Shown: positions 8,918 through 18,563, counted from the stretch's first letter. The stretch: DNA of 37,490 nucleotides from an uncultured Anaerolineae bacterium (GCA_964637665.1 CAZWUX010000001.1:1-37490); one strand, 5' to 3'. Numbers and translations: made by a program. The notes: generated from the sequence alone by a model not told the origin.

Positions 8918-9967
8918 ATGACGACCAACCGACTCGCCGTCGCCTTTCTGGGCTTCGGCAATGTAGGCCGCGCCCTCGCCGACCTGCTGCTCCGCAAGCT
9001 CGACACTCTGCGCGCCGACTACGATCTGGAGGTTGTCCCGGTCGGCGTCGCCACCGGGAGCCACGGCCTCGCCATCGACCCCGCCGGGCTTGACCTCACC
9101 GCCGCGCTCGTCGCGGTCCGCTCCGGCGGGGACCTCGACGCGCTGCACGCCGGGGAGCCGCTCGACGCAACGGCAGATTTCGTCGACGCCTGCCCCGCCG
9201 ACCTCGTATTCGAGACGATCCCGACTAACCCGCACGACGGCGAGCCTGCCCTCAGCTACGTCCGCGCGCTGCTGGGCCGGGGCGTGCACGTCGCCACCGC
9301 CAACAAAGGGCCGGTCGCCTTCGGCTACCGCGAACTGAGTGCGCTCGCCCGTGAGCGCGGCGTCGGCTTCTTCTTCGAGTCGACCGTGATGGACGGCGCG
9401 CCGGTCCTCGCAGTGGGGCGCGAGGGGCTGCCCGCCGCGCGCGTCCGCCGGGTGAGCGGCATCTTCAACAGCACGACGAACTACATCCTCACCCGTATGG
9501 AACAGGACGGCATGACGTTCGACGAGGCGCTGCGCGAGGCGCAGACTATCGGCATCGCGGAAACCGACCCCACGCTTGACGTGGACGGCTGGGACGCGGC
9601 GATCAAGACCGTCATCCTCGCCAACGTCCTGATGGATGCCGATCTGCGCCCGGCGGATGTCGACCGGGAGGGCATCCGCGACATCGCGCTTGCAGACGTT
9701 GAATCGGCGGAGGCCGCTGGCGAGCGCATCCGCCTGCTGTGTGAGGCGGTTCGCGGCGAGGACGGCGCGGTGCGGGCCAGCGTGCGCCCCACCCGCGTGC
9801 CCACCGGCGGCGTGCTGGCGGGCGTCACCGGCACGACCAGCATCGTCGACTTCGAGACGGACACCCTCCACCGGCTCACCCTGCTGGAGCACGATCCCGG
9901 CCCGGAGACGACCGCCTACGGCCTGCTCGCGGACATGGTCAACATCGCGCGCGGGCGATATCGCTAG
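8918..9967 (+). CDS. hom: Homoserine dehydrogenase (short form, no ACT domain)
   Basis: GFGNVG, HVATANKGP, FESTVMDGAP, GIFNSTTNYILT, AETDPTLDVDGWDAAIK. Confidence 0.93.
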   Translation: MTTNRLAVAFLGFGNVGRALADLLLRKLDTLRADYDLEVVPVGVATGSHGLAIDPAGLDLTAALVAVRSGGDLDALHAGEPLDATADFVDACPADLVFETIPTNPHDGEPALSYVRALLGRGVHVATANKGPVAFGYRELSALARERGVGFFFESTVMDGAPVLAVGREGLPAARVRRVSGIFNSTTNYILTRMEQDGMTFDEALREAQTIGIAETDPTLDVDGWDAAIKTVILANVLMDADLRPADVDREGIRDIALADVESAEAAGERIRLLCEAVRGEDGAVRASVRPTRVPTGGVLAGVTGTTSIVDFETDTLHRLTLLEHDPGPETTAYGLLADMVNIARGRYR

Positions 9968-10117
9968 CCCGGCGGAGCGGCCCGCCGGGAAAGGCCATCA
10001 CAGCCCGAACGCCCGACCGTAGAAGGCGCACCCTGCCCGAACGTCCTATGAGAAACGCTCCGCGTTTCTCAACGTTCATTCACCATTGTCCTGAGCAGAC
10101 TCAAAAGGGCCGCCAAG

Positions 10118-10146
10118 TTGCATCCCCCGAAAAGCGATGCTATAGT
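10118..10146 (+). promoter_or_regulatory. Sigma70-type promoter of the LysM gene
   Basis: TTGCAT-17 bp-TATAGT with extended -10 TG. Confidence 0.65.
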
Positions 10147-10206
10147 GCTCCTTGCTGAGATGGTCACTGACAGGTTCACCTGTTGCACCGTATCTGGGAG
10201 GCTTTC

Positions 10207-10929
10207 ATGAGTGGGTCCGCGCGTCGTACTGTCATTCTGGCGGTAGGGGTGCTGCTGCTGGCCGTCGGGGTCGGGGGCTGCACGCTGGCGGGCGCAAGTG
10301 CCGCCCCGCTGACACCCGTCGAGCCGGGCGCGGTCGTCGAACCGGCTGACTCCGGCGAGGGCGAAGCCCCGACCGACGAGATTATCCCCACACCAACCGA
10401 AGTCGCACCGATTGATGTGTTCGGCACGCAGACCGCGATGGCCCCCGCCCCGGAAGGCGCGGAGGGTGAGGCGACCGCGGAACCGACCGAGGGCGAAGGC
10501 GCTGAAGCGACCCCCGAACCCGCCGAACCCGCAGAGGCCACTGAGGCCCCCGCGACCGAAGCGCCCGCCGCCAGCGGCGAGGGCTGCCCGGCCACCTACA
10601 CCATTCAGGGCGGGGATACGCTGTTCAGCATCGCGCAGCGCTGCGGCCTGACGGTCGACCAGCTCGCCTCGGCCAACGGCATCAGCAATCCCGACCAGCT
10701 TTCCGTCGGTCAGGAGTTGTCGATCCCGACCGGCAGCGGCGCGGCGGCAGGTACGAGCACCGGGACGGGCGCGACGAGCGGCAGCGGCTCGGTCCACGTC
10801 GTGCAGGCGGGTGAGAACCTGTTCCGCATCGCCCTGAGCTACGGCCTGACCTATCAGGAGCTTGCCAACTACAACAACATCACCGACCCGGCCAGCATCG
10901 TCGTCGGGCAGGAGATCCGCATCCCGTAG
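10207..10929 (+). CDS. LysM peptidoglycan-binding lipoprotein (2 LysM domains)
   Basis: GGAGG RBS then ATG at 10207; signal peptide with lipobox-like VGGC; E/P/T/A-rich linker; YTIQGGDTLFSIA and HVVQAGENLFRIA LysM repeats. Confidence 0.92.
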   Translation: MSGSARRTVILAVGVLLLAVGVGGCTLAGASAAPLTPVEPGAVVEPADSGEGEAPTDEIIPTPTEVAPIDVFGTQTAMAPAPEGAEGEATAEPTEGEGAEATPEPAEPAEATEAPATEAPAASGEGCPATYTIQGGDTLFSIAQRCGLTVDQLASANGISNPDQLSVGQELSIPTGSGAAAGTSTGTGATSGSGSVHVVQAGENLFRIALSYGLTYQELANYNNITDPASIVVGQEIRIP

Positions 10930-10950
10930 CGGACATTTGAATCGACTCAC

Positions 10951-10990
10951 TAAGAGGCTATTGGCGCGCGCCAATAGCCTCTTTATTTTA
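10951..10990 (+). terminator. Intrinsic terminator
   Basis: Perfect palindrome AAGAGGCTATTGGCGC/GCGCCAATAGCCTCTT followed by TATTTT. Confidence 0.8.
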
Positions 10991-11023
10991 GTAGTTTGAC
11001 GGAACCGGAAAGGAAGCGAACCG

Positions 11024-11575
11024 ATGGCAGATGAGCGCGTCATTCACTCCGAGCAAATCTACGACGGCAAGGTCGTCCACCTGCGGGTGGACACCTACGA
11101 GCGCGACGGCGTGACCTTCGACCGCGAGATCATCCAGCACGGCGGCGCGGTGGCGATGATCCCCTTCGACGAGGACGGCAACGTGATCCTCGTCCGCCAG
11201 TACCGCGCCGCAGCGGATCAGGAATTACTCGAACTGCCCGCAGGCGGTCTGGAGCCGGGTGAGGCGCGTCTCGACTGCGCCCGCCGCGAGCTTCAGGAGG
11301 AGATCGGCTACTATCCCAACACGCTGATCGAGCTGGGCGGTTTTTTCGTGGCGGCGTCGTACACGACGGAGTACATCACGATCTACATCGCGCGCGACCT
11401 CAGCCCCTCGACGCTGCCCCCCGACGTGGGCGAGGACATCGCCGTCGAGCGAGTGCCTTTTGAGGATGCCCTGTCCCTCGCGGTGACCAACAAGATCGAG
11501 GATAGTAAGACCCTGATCGGTCTGATGTGGGCGGCGCAGCAGACTCCAGCCAGCGGCCCGCCGGGAGGTTCATAA
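11024..11575 (+). CDS. nudF: NUDIX hydrolase, ADP-ribose pyrophosphatase-like
   Basis: REIIQHGGAVA, LVRQYR, Nudix box ELPAGGLEPGE...ARRELQEEIG, IEDSKT. Confidence 0.85.
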   Translation: MADERVIHSEQIYDGKVVHLRVDTYERDGVTFDREIIQHGGAVAMIPFDEDGNVILVRQYRAAADQELLELPAGGLEPGEARLDCARRELQEEIGYYPNTLIELGGFFVAASYTTEYITIYIARDLSPSTLPPDVGEDIAVERVPFEDALSLAVTNKIEDSKTLIGLMWAAQQTPASGPPGGS

Positions 11576-11684
11576 GCGACCCTGCGGCTCCCAACCTGCC
11601 CGAAAGGACGGTGCAGAACGCGCCCCCAACGGCCAGAATCATCGTAGCGAAAAAGCGATCGGCAGGGGTTTAGCGGGGATCAAC

Positions 11685-12140
11685 ATGGTTTCCAGAGCAG
11701 ATTTGAGCGCGCAGGTCGAGGCCGAGGTCGCCGGATGGGAGGGCGTGACGACCGAGCCGCACCGCTTCGGCGGCGTGGAATTCAATATAGGTAAGCGGGA
11801 GATCGGGCACATCCACCGGCGCGGCGGCGTGCTGGACATCCCCTTCCCGAAGCGAATCCGCGATGCGTTGATCGCCGCCGGGCGGACCGGGCCGCATCAC
11901 GTTCTGCCGGAGACAGGCTGGACGACGTTTTACGTCGACTCGGCGGAGGCCGTAGCCGACGCGATCTGGCTGATGAGGATGTCCTACCTGCTGACCGTCA
12001 TCCGTCGGCCTGACCGCGCACCCGATGTGAACGTCGCCCGCGAGGTGGAGCGGCTCGCCCCCTCCGGTGAATTGGCGATCCTGATCGAGCGGCAGCTTAC
12101 CCGAAACAGGCGGGAGGGCGGTGCGCGGTCCAGCGCGTGA
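11685..12140 (+). CDS. DUF5519 / luciferase-like family protein
   Basis: WEGV...PHRFGGVEF..GKREIGHIH...LDIPFP...PHHVLPETGW motif set. Confidence 0.8.
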   Translation: MVSRADLSAQVEAEVAGWEGVTTEPHRFGGVEFNIGKREIGHIHRRGGVLDIPFPKRIRDALIAAGRTGPHHVLPETGWTTFYVDSAEAVADAIWLMRMSYLLTVIRRPDRAPDVNVAREVERLAPSGELAILIERQLTRNRREGGARSSA

Positions 12141-12172
12141 TCGGGTCGCGCCGAGAAGCGATCCACATAAAC

Positions 12173-12203
12173 AAGGGGCGCACCATGCGCCCCCTGTCTT
12201 TTT
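12173..12203. terminator. Bidirectional terminator between convergent genes
   Basis: GGGGCGCA-CCA-TGCGCCCC hairpin with T-rich tails on both strands. Confidence 0.65.
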
Positions 12204-12220
12204 CCGTATTCAGGCGGGCA

Positions 12221-15127
12221 TCAGTCCGCCAGCGCGTCCGCCAGCACCTCGATGGGATGCACCGCGTCGCGCGCGGTCGTGTGGTCGATCTGATCGCGGC
12301 AGGACGTGCCCGTCGCGCAGATGATGGTCTGGCGCGGGGCGGCGCGCACCGCCGGGGCGAGCGTCATCTCCGCCAGCGCCATCGACAGGTCGTAGTGCTC
12401 GGTCTCGTAGCCGAACGATCCCGCCATCCCGCAGCACCCGGAGTCGATCATCTCGACCTCGGAGTTGGGGATCAGCTTCAGCATGGCGAGGCTGCCCCCC
12501 GCGCCGAAGGTCGCCTTCTGCTGGCAGTGGCCGTGAAACAGCACGCGGCGCGGCGCGCCGTCGAAGCGCAGTTCGAGGTTCCCGGCAGTCGCCTCCCGCA
12601 CGATGAAATCGTCGATCGGCATCGTCGCCGCCGCGACGGCCTCCGCATCCGGTCCGGGGATCAGGTCGCAGTACTCGTCCGCGAACATCGCCAGGCAGCT
12701 CGGCTCACAGCCGACGATGGGGATGCCCGCGCGGGCGTACGGCGCGAGCAGCGCGAGATTGTGCGCCGCCAGCCGTTTCGCCTCGTCGATCAGCCCCTTC
12801 GACACCGCCGGACGCCCGCAGCACTCCCGTTTTTCGAGGACGATCGGCTCGTAGCCCGCCACCTCCAGCACGCGGATCGCCGCCTGCCCAACCTGCGGGT
12901 GGTTGTGCTCCATGAACGTGTCATGGAAAAACACGACCTGCCGCGACGTGTCGCGGGCGTGCCCGTTCGCGCCGTCGTGATGCGCGAGCCATGCGCTGAA
13001 CGGCTGCGAGGCGAAGCGCGGCATCTTGCGATCCGGGTGGACGCCCAGGCTGTTCATCACCCACTTGCCCGGCCCGCCCATCACGAAGTTGGCGAGCGGC
13101 GCGACGGGCTGGCCCAGCCGGTTCAGCTTGTGGATGTTGCCGAACAGCCGCGGGCGCAGCGGCGTGCCGTGCTCCTCGTAGTAGTTGTGCAAAAACTCGG
13201 ACTTGAGCCTCGCCATGTCGACTGCGGACGGGCATTCCGATTTACACGCCTTGCACGACAGGCACAGGTCGAGCACGCTGTACACCTCATGCGAGGTCAT
13301 GCCGTCCGCGCCGAGCAGGCCCATCATCGCCGCGCGCAGCGCGTTCGCCCGCCCGCGCGTCGAGTCGGACTCGTTGCGCGTCACCTGGAACGAGGGGCAC
13401 ATTACACCCTCACCCAGCTTGCGGCACACGCCCGCCCCGTTGCACATCTCGACCGCCCGCGCGAACCCGCCGTCGACGGTGAAGGCGAACACGGTGTCCT
13501 GCGGCTCGTAGGGCGTCGCATAGGCCGATCCATAGCGCAGCAGCGACTCGTCGTCCATGCGCGGGCAGTTGACGACCTTGCCGGGGTTCAGCATCCCCGC
13601 CGGGTCGAAGGCCGCCTTCACCTCGCGGAACGCCTCGACGAGGCGCGGGCCGAACAGCCGCTCGGAGAACTCGCCGCGCACCAGCCCTTCCCCGTGCTCG
13701 CCGCTCGTCGTCCCGTGATAGCGGGTGACGAGTTCGACGGACTTCTCCGCGATGGCCCGGATGTGCCGCACGCCGTCTTTCGTTTTCAGGTTGACGAGCG
13801 GGCGGATGTGGATGCAGCCCGCGCTCGCGTGGGCGTACATCGCCACCCGGCTCACGCCGACCTCGTGCGAGAAGTCGACGATCTCGGTGACGTAGTCCGC
13901 CAGATGCTCGATGGGCACCGCCGCGTCCTCGATGAAGGGGATGGGCTTCGCGTCGCCGCGCACGCTCATCAAAATCCCCAGCCCCACCTTGCGGACGGTC
14001 CACACGTTCGCCTGCTGCTGGGGGTCCGACACGATCACGACGGGGTCGTGATGGTGGATGCTCGCCAGCTTCCCCCGCAGCCGCTCGATGCCTGCGTCGA
14101 GGTCGGCCTCCGTCTCGCCCGTATACTCGACGAGCAGCACAATTTTCGGATCGCCCTCGACGAACGTCAGCAAACGCCGGTATTCGATCTTGTCCCGCGT
14201 CAGGTCGAGCAGCATCTTGTCGAGCACCTCGACGGCGGTCGGCCCGCTCTCCATGATGACCGGCACGGCCTCCATCGCCGCCCGCAGCTCGGAGAAATGC
14301 ACCATCCCCAGCCGCTTCATCGTCGGGATCGGGACCAGATTCAGCGTTGCCTCGGTGATCACGCCCAGCGTGCCCTCTGAGCCGACGATCAGCTTGGCGA
14401 GGTTCGGTTGATCGATCCCGGCGAGCTGGTTCAGGTTATACCCCGCCACGTGCCGGAACGTCGCCGGATACCGGGTTGCGATGTCCTCACCATACCGCTC
14501 GACGATGCCGGGCACCGTCCGGTAGACCGCGCCCTCCAGGCCGGGCCGCTCGCCCATCGCCGCCCAGTCGTCGACCGGGCCGAACGTCACGCGGCGGGCG
14601 TCGGCCATGACCACGTCGGCGTCGAGTACGTGGTCGACCGTCATCCCGTAGACGATGGAGTGCGCGCCGGTCGAGTTGTTCGCCATGATGCCGCCGATCG
14701 TCGCCCGGTCGGCGCTGGCCGGGTCGGGGCCGTACTGCACGCCGTGCGGACGCAGCGCCCGGTTCAGCGCGCCGAGTGTGATGCCCGGCTGGGTGCGGAC
14801 CCGCCGGGCCTCCGCATCGATCTCGACGATGTGGTCCATGTAGCGCGACAGGTCGAGGATCAGCGCGTGCCCGACCGACCCTCCGGCCAGGCTGCTGCCG
14901 CCGCCGCGCGGCAGGACGGGCACGCCGTGCTTCCCGGCGATCTCGACCGCCGCCGCGACCTCGTCCGCGTCGCGCGGCAGGGCCACGCCGACGGGCATCA
15001 TCTGGTAGATCGAGGCATCCGTGCTGTACAGCAGGCGCGTCATGCGGTCGAAGTGCGCCTCCGGCACCGCCGCGCGCAGGTCGTGGACGAACGCCTCGTT
15101 GGCCTCGCTTATTTCGTGGGGGATCAT
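12221..15127 (-). CDS. FAD-binding and Fe-S-binding oxidoreductase (YdiJ / GlcD-GlcF fusion type 2-hydroxyacid dehydrogenase)
   Basis: YSTDASIY, PRGGGSSLAG, GSEGTLG, HASAGCIHIRP, SGEHGEG, CNGAGVC..MCPSF, CLSCKACKSECP, CCG domains (CCGRP, CCGMAGSFG). Confidence 0.92.
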   Translation of the reverse strand: MIPHEISEANEAFVHDLRAAVPEAHFDRMTRLLYSTDASIYQMMPVGVALPRDADEVAAAVEIAGKHGVPVLPRGGGSSLAGGSVGHALILDLSRYMDHIVEIDAEARRVRTQPGITLGALNRALRPHGVQYGPDPASADRATIGGIMANNSTGAHSIVYGMTVDHVLDADVVMADARRVTFGPVDDWAAMGERPGLEGAVYRTVPGIVERYGEDIATRYPATFRHVAGYNLNQLAGIDQPNLAKLIVGSEGTLGVITEATLNLVPIPTMKRLGMVHFSELRAAMEAVPVIMESGPTAVEVLDKMLLDLTRDKIEYRRLLTFVEGDPKIVLLVEYTGETEADLDAGIERLRGKLASIHHHDPVVIVSDPQQQANVWTVRKVGLGILMSVRGDAKPIPFIEDAAVPIEHLADYVTEIVDFSHEVGVSRVAMYAHASAGCIHIRPLVNLKTKDGVRHIRAIAEKSVELVTRYHGTTSGEHGEGLVRGEFSERLFGPRLVEAFREVKAAFDPAGMLNPGKVVNCPRMDDESLLRYGSAYATPYEPQDTVFAFTVDGGFARAVEMCNGAGVCRKLGEGVMCPSFQVTRNESDSTRGRANALRAAMMGLLGADGMTSHEVYSVLDLCLSCKACKSECPSAVDMARLKSEFLHNYYEEHGTPLRPRLFGNIHKLNRLGQPVAPLANFVMGGPGKWVMNSLGVHPDRKMPRFASQPFSAWLAHHDGANGHARDTSRQVVFFHDTFMEHNHPQVGQAAIRVLEVAGYEPIVLEKRECCGRPAVSKGLIDEAKRLAAHNLALLAPYARAGIPIVGCEPSCLAMFADEYCDLIPGPDAEAVAAATMPIDDFIVREATAGNLELRFDGAPRRVLFHGHCQQKATFGAGGSLAMLKLIPNSEVEMIDSGCCGMAGSFGYETEHYDLSMALAEMTLAPAVRAAPRQTIICATGTSCRDQIDHTTARDAVHPIEVLADALAD

Positions 15128-15166
15128 AGTGATCGCTTCCTCATATCCCTTGCCGGTTGGTTGAAT

Positions 15167-16297
15167 CTAAGCCATCAGGTACTCAAGCGCGCCGAGCAGC
15201 GTCACGACGTTCTCGCGGCGGCTGGAATAGCCCATCAGGCCGATGCGCCACACCTTGCCCGCGAACGCGCCCAGCCCGCCCGCGATCTCGATGTTGTACT
15301 CCGCCAGCAGACGGCGGCGGATCGTCGCCTCGTCGAGTCCCTCCGGCAGCCGGACGGTCGTCAGCATCGGCATTCGGATGTCGGCGGGCAGCAGCGGCGT
15401 CATGTCGAGCGCGGCCAGCCCCTCCCACAACATCTGCGCGTTCTGCATGTGCCGCTCGAAGCGCGCCTCCAGCCCTTCCTCGGCGGTCAAACGCAGCGCC
15501 TCGCGCAGCGCGTAGTTCATGTTGACCGGCGCGGTGTGATGGTAGCGGCGGCTCTCCCCCCAGTACGTGAGGAGCAGCGTCATGTCGAGGTACCAGCTTC
15601 TGACCTTGCTCTCGCGCGCCCTGAGAACCTCCATCGCGCGTGGGCTGAGCGCGAGCGGGGCCAGCCCCGGCGGCGCGGAGAGGCACTTCTGCGAGCCGCT
15701 GTAGCAGATGTCGATCCCGATCCGCTCGAACCCGACGGGCGATCCGCCCAGCGACGCCACCGTATCCACCAGCAGCAGCGCGCCGTGTTTATGGGCCGCT
15801 TCCGCGATCTCCTCCAGCGGCTGCAATGCGCCCGTCGACGTTTCGCCGTGTACGATGGCGACGATCTTCGCCGGGTGCGCCTGCAGCGCCTCGTCGACCT
15901 GCTTCCCGGAGATGACCTCGCCCCACGGCGCATCCACCCTGCGCACGTCCGCGCCGTAGCGGGTCGCCATTTCCGTGATGCGCTCGCCAAAATACCCGCT
16001 GACGCACATCAACACCGGGTCGCCTTCCTCGACGAAGTTGGCGACCGCCGCTTCCATCCCGGCACTGCCCGTGCCCGACACGGAGATGGTCTGCGCCTCG
16101 TCGGATGTCTCGAACACGTAGCGCAGTAACCCCTGAACCTCGTCCATCACCTGAATGAAGTCTGGATCGAGGTGCCCGACGACGGGCATCCCCAGCGCGG
16201 CCATGACGCGCGGGTGGATCATACTCGGTCCCGGCCCCAGCAAAATGCGGGCCGAGGGGTTCAGATCGGTAAGTCCGGTGGGGGGTGTTGCTGCCAT
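15167..16297 (-). CDS. Alanine-glyoxylate / serine-pyruvate aminotransferase (class V PLP enzyme)
   Basis: LLGPGPS, SGTGSAGMEA, VHGETSTG, VDTVASLGG, SGSQKCLSAPPGL (PLP lysine), YHHTAP, WRIGLMG. Start taken at ATG 16297 behind AAGGAG. Confidence 0.93.
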   Translation of the reverse strand: MAATPPTGLTDLNPSARILLGPGPSMIHPRVMAALGMPVVGHLDPDFIQVMDEVQGLLRYVFETSDEAQTISVSGTGSAGMEAAVANFVEEGDPVLMCVSGYFGERITEMATRYGADVRRVDAPWGEVISGKQVDEALQAHPAKIVAIVHGETSTGALQPLEEIAEAAHKHGALLLVDTVASLGGSPVGFERIGIDICYSGSQKCLSAPPGLAPLALSPRAMEVLRARESKVRSWYLDMTLLLTYWGESRRYHHTAPVNMNYALREALRLTAEEGLEARFERHMQNAQMLWEGLAALDMTPLLPADIRMPMLTTVRLPEGLDEATIRRRLLAEYNIEIAGGLGAFAGKVWRIGLMGYSSRRENVVTLLGALEYLMA

Positions 16298-16347
16298 AAG
16301 TGGCTCCTTTGACTGTGATGGGAAACTGGCCCGGAGCGATGCCGGGC

Positions 16348-17163
16348 CTACCATTGATACACGTCGGGCCGCCGGTCGTCAAGTACGGGCATTTTCGCCC
16401 TGACCCGCGCCACGTGATCGAGGTCGACGCGCACGGTGAGCAGCGCCTCACCCTCCCCGCCCTCGATCAGCGGTTCGCCCCACGCGTCGAGCACCGCCGA
16501 CCGCCCGCCGAAGCGCGTGTCGCCGTCCGACCCGACGCGGTTGCACCCGACGACGACCATCTGGTTCTCGATGGCGCGGGCGCGCAGCAGCGTCCGCCAG
16601 TGCGCCATGCGTGGATGCGGCCATTGCGCGGGGATGACGACCATCTCGGCCCCGGCCAGCGCGTATCCCCGGAACAACTCCGGGAAGCGCAGATCGTAGC
16701 AGATCGCGACGGCAGTCCGCCCCCACGACGCGTCGACGATCAGGGGATGCTCCCCCGGCCCCAGATAACGCGGCTCGTCCATCAGCCCGAACAGGTGAAT
16801 CTTGCGGTACGCGCCGCGCACCGCGCCGTCCGGCCCGAACCAAACAGCCGTGTTGAACGCCTCCCCACCGTCCGCCGGGGCCGTCTCCAGCATCGATCCG
16901 AGGATGTGGACCCCGTGCTGCCGGGCCAGCGCCGAGACCTCCGCGAACCGCCCCTCACCGCGCTTCCCGCCGAGCGTCTCCGCGCGGTCGAGCGCATAGC
17001 CCGTATCCCACAGTTCGGGGAACACGACGAGGTCCGAGCCACGCCGGGCGGCCTCCGCCGTCCATTCGTGCACGCAGCCGAGGTTGCGATGCGGCTCACC
17101 GGCTCGCACGTCCATCTGGCCGACACTGATCGTGATCGTTCTGTCGCTGCTGGCTTCACTCAT
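16348..17163 (-). CDS. Carbon-nitrogen hydrolase (nitrilase family, omega-amidase/YafV-like)
   Basis: Catalytic triad motifs VFPELW, YRKIHLF and ICYDLRFPE; RARAIENQ. Confidence 0.93.
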   Translation of the reverse strand: MSEASSDRTITISVGQMDVRAGEPHRNLGCVHEWTAEAARRGSDLVVFPELWDTGYALDRAETLGGKRGEGRFAEVSALARQHGVHILGSMLETAPADGGEAFNTAVWFGPDGAVRGAYRKIHLFGLMDEPRYLGPGEHPLIVDASWGRTAVAICYDLRFPELFRGYALAGAEMVVIPAQWPHPRMAHWRTLLRARAIENQMVVVGCNRVGSDGDTRFGGRSAVLDAWGEPLIEGGEGEALLTVRVDLDHVARVRAKMPVLDDRRPDVYQW

Positions 17164-17194
17164 GGGAGCTTCTATTCACCTGGGAAAGCGTTCG

Positions 17195-17210
17195 CGGAAC
17201 ATCTGTTCCG
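17195..17210. promoter_or_regulatory. Palindromic operator matching the GAAC-N4-GTTC LexA box
   Basis: CGGAAC-ATCT-GTTCCG in the divergent intergenic region. Confidence 0.5.
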
Positions 17211-17238
17211 TTGCACAGCCGGAGGGACCGCTTATAAT
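17211..17238 (+). promoter_or_regulatory. Sigma70-type promoter
   Basis: TTGCAC-16 bp-TATAAT. Confidence 0.6.
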
Positions 17239-17290
17239 GGTTATTATCATTGTACATCATTCCTGCGGCACCGGGTTAGGACACATACCT

Positions 17291-18172
17291 GTGCGCGATT
17301 CTCGCCGCATAGTCCCCATTGTGCTGACCGCTCTGGCGGCAGCCGCCGCGGTCGTGGTCGTAGCGCTCCAGCGACGCATCCCCTTCCAGTACGCCTACTA
17401 CCAGAAGACCGGTCACATCGTGCGCGAGCCGTTCCTCTCGGAATTTGCGGAACGGGGCGGCATCGAACTGTTCGGCCTGCCGATGACCGACGCCTACCGC
17501 GCGCGGGACGGCGCGCTCGTCCAGACGTTCGAGCGCGCGCAGATGACGCTCACCGTGCGCGGCGTCGAGCTGTCACCCATCGGCGTCGCGCTGCGTCTCG
17601 GCCTGCCGGACGCTGACATCCCCGTCGACCCGGCGCTGTGGCATTTTTACCTGACTCACGGCAGCGCGGATTTCTTCGGCTTTCCGCTCGGCCCCTCTCA
17701 CGTCGAAAACGGGGCGCTCGTGCAGGACTTCGAGCGGGCGCGCCTCGTGCTCATGCCGGACGGAAGCGTGCGGCTGGCGAATCTGGGCGTGATCTACCTC
17801 GCCGCGCACCCCGCGCCGCCCGCCGGTCAGGGCGCCATGCACCCGCCGGGCACGCCCACCCCACCCCCCGGAATCAGGCCCAGCGCCAGCGTCGAGCGGC
17901 CCACCGTCGGTCAGGGCGACCCGCAGACTATCTACCTGATCGTACAGGACGGGCGAGGCCAGCCGGTCGAGGGCGCACAGTCGCTCGCCGTGCTGCGCTT
18001 CGACGACCGCGCCGCCGAGGTCACCCTGCCCCCGACCGACGCCAGCGGCCTGTCGCACACGTCGTTCATCGCGCCGCCCGCCGCGCCCGGCTCCCGCGTG
18101 ATCGTCGAGGTCCACATCCTCGCCGGGGAAACCGCCACGACGATCGAGACGGTCTATTTCCAGTGGTGGTGA
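17291..18172 (+). CDS. Exported protein with Chloroflexi-type TGH...GG...FG-P repeats and Ig-like C-terminus
   Basis: N-terminal TM helix; TGHIVREPF...GGIELFGLPMT...VQTFERA repeated as FFGFPLG...VQDFERA. GTG start at 17291 preferred over 17084, which overlaps the divergent gene. Confidence 0.75.
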   Translation: MRDSRRIVPIVLTALAAAAAVVVVALQRRIPFQYAYYQKTGHIVREPFLSEFAERGGIELFGLPMTDAYRARDGALVQTFERAQMTLTVRGVELSPIGVALRLGLPDADIPVDPALWHFYLTHGSADFFGFPLGPSHVENGALVQDFERARLVLMPDGSVRLANLGVIYLAAHPAPPAGQGAMHPPGTPTPPPGIRPSASVERPTVGQGDPQTIYLIVQDGRGQPVEGAQSLAVLRFDDRAAEVTLPPTDASGLSHTSFIAPPAAPGSRVIVEVHILAGETATTIETVYFQWW

Positions 18173-18195
18173 TCCATCGCCCGCCGGAATCACAA

Positions 18196-18221
18196 GCAGG
18201 CTGGCAAATTCGCCAGCCTGC
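18196..18221. terminator. Hairpin terminator between convergent genes
   Basis: GCAGGCTGGC-N6-GCCAGCCTGC. Confidence 0.55.
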
Positions 18222-18254
18222 CGCATGTTTGGCTTTAAGGATGTGGCTCGCCGG

Positions 18255-18533
18255 TTAGTCCGCGTCAGACTCCTCAACCGGCTCGTCTTCTTCATCTGCC
18301 CAGCTAATGATCCAGATGCAGACCCCGGCGACGAGGATCGTCGCGACGGTTAGCGCCGCCCACTGGAAGGGGCGCAGCCCGACATCCCGCGCCTCGATCA
18401 CGAGCAGGATCACCATGCCCAGCGCGAGCACGAACCACGCCGACAGGCGCGGGTGCGCCTCGACCAGCCCTACGACCGGCCCCAGCGGCCCCTCGCGCAG
18501 ATTATCTACCGTCCGATTAAAAAAGTCAGCCAT
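18255..18533 (-). CDS. Small two-TM membrane protein (hypothetical)
   Basis: Two hydrophobic helices and an acidic tail; lies 30 nt after coaE with a GAGG RBS. Confidence 0.75.
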   Translation of the reverse strand: MADFFNRTVDNLREGPLGPVVGLVEAHPRLSAWFVLALGMVILLVIEARDVGLRPFQWAALTVATILVAGVCIWIISWADEEDEPVEESDAD

Positions 18534-18563
18534 CTGGCACGACCCTCAGCTTTCCGTTCCGGT

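Noticed and set aside
10440-10580. Tandem DNA repeat in the LysM gene
   Set aside because: Reflects a low-complexity E/A/P/T linker rather than a discrete nucleotide repeat.
12137-16129. Long antisense ORFs (e.g. 12137-14380, 14408-16129; also 2409-3944)
   Set aside because: Shadow frames of well-supported genes in high-GC DNA; Arg/Ala/His-rich and without motifs.
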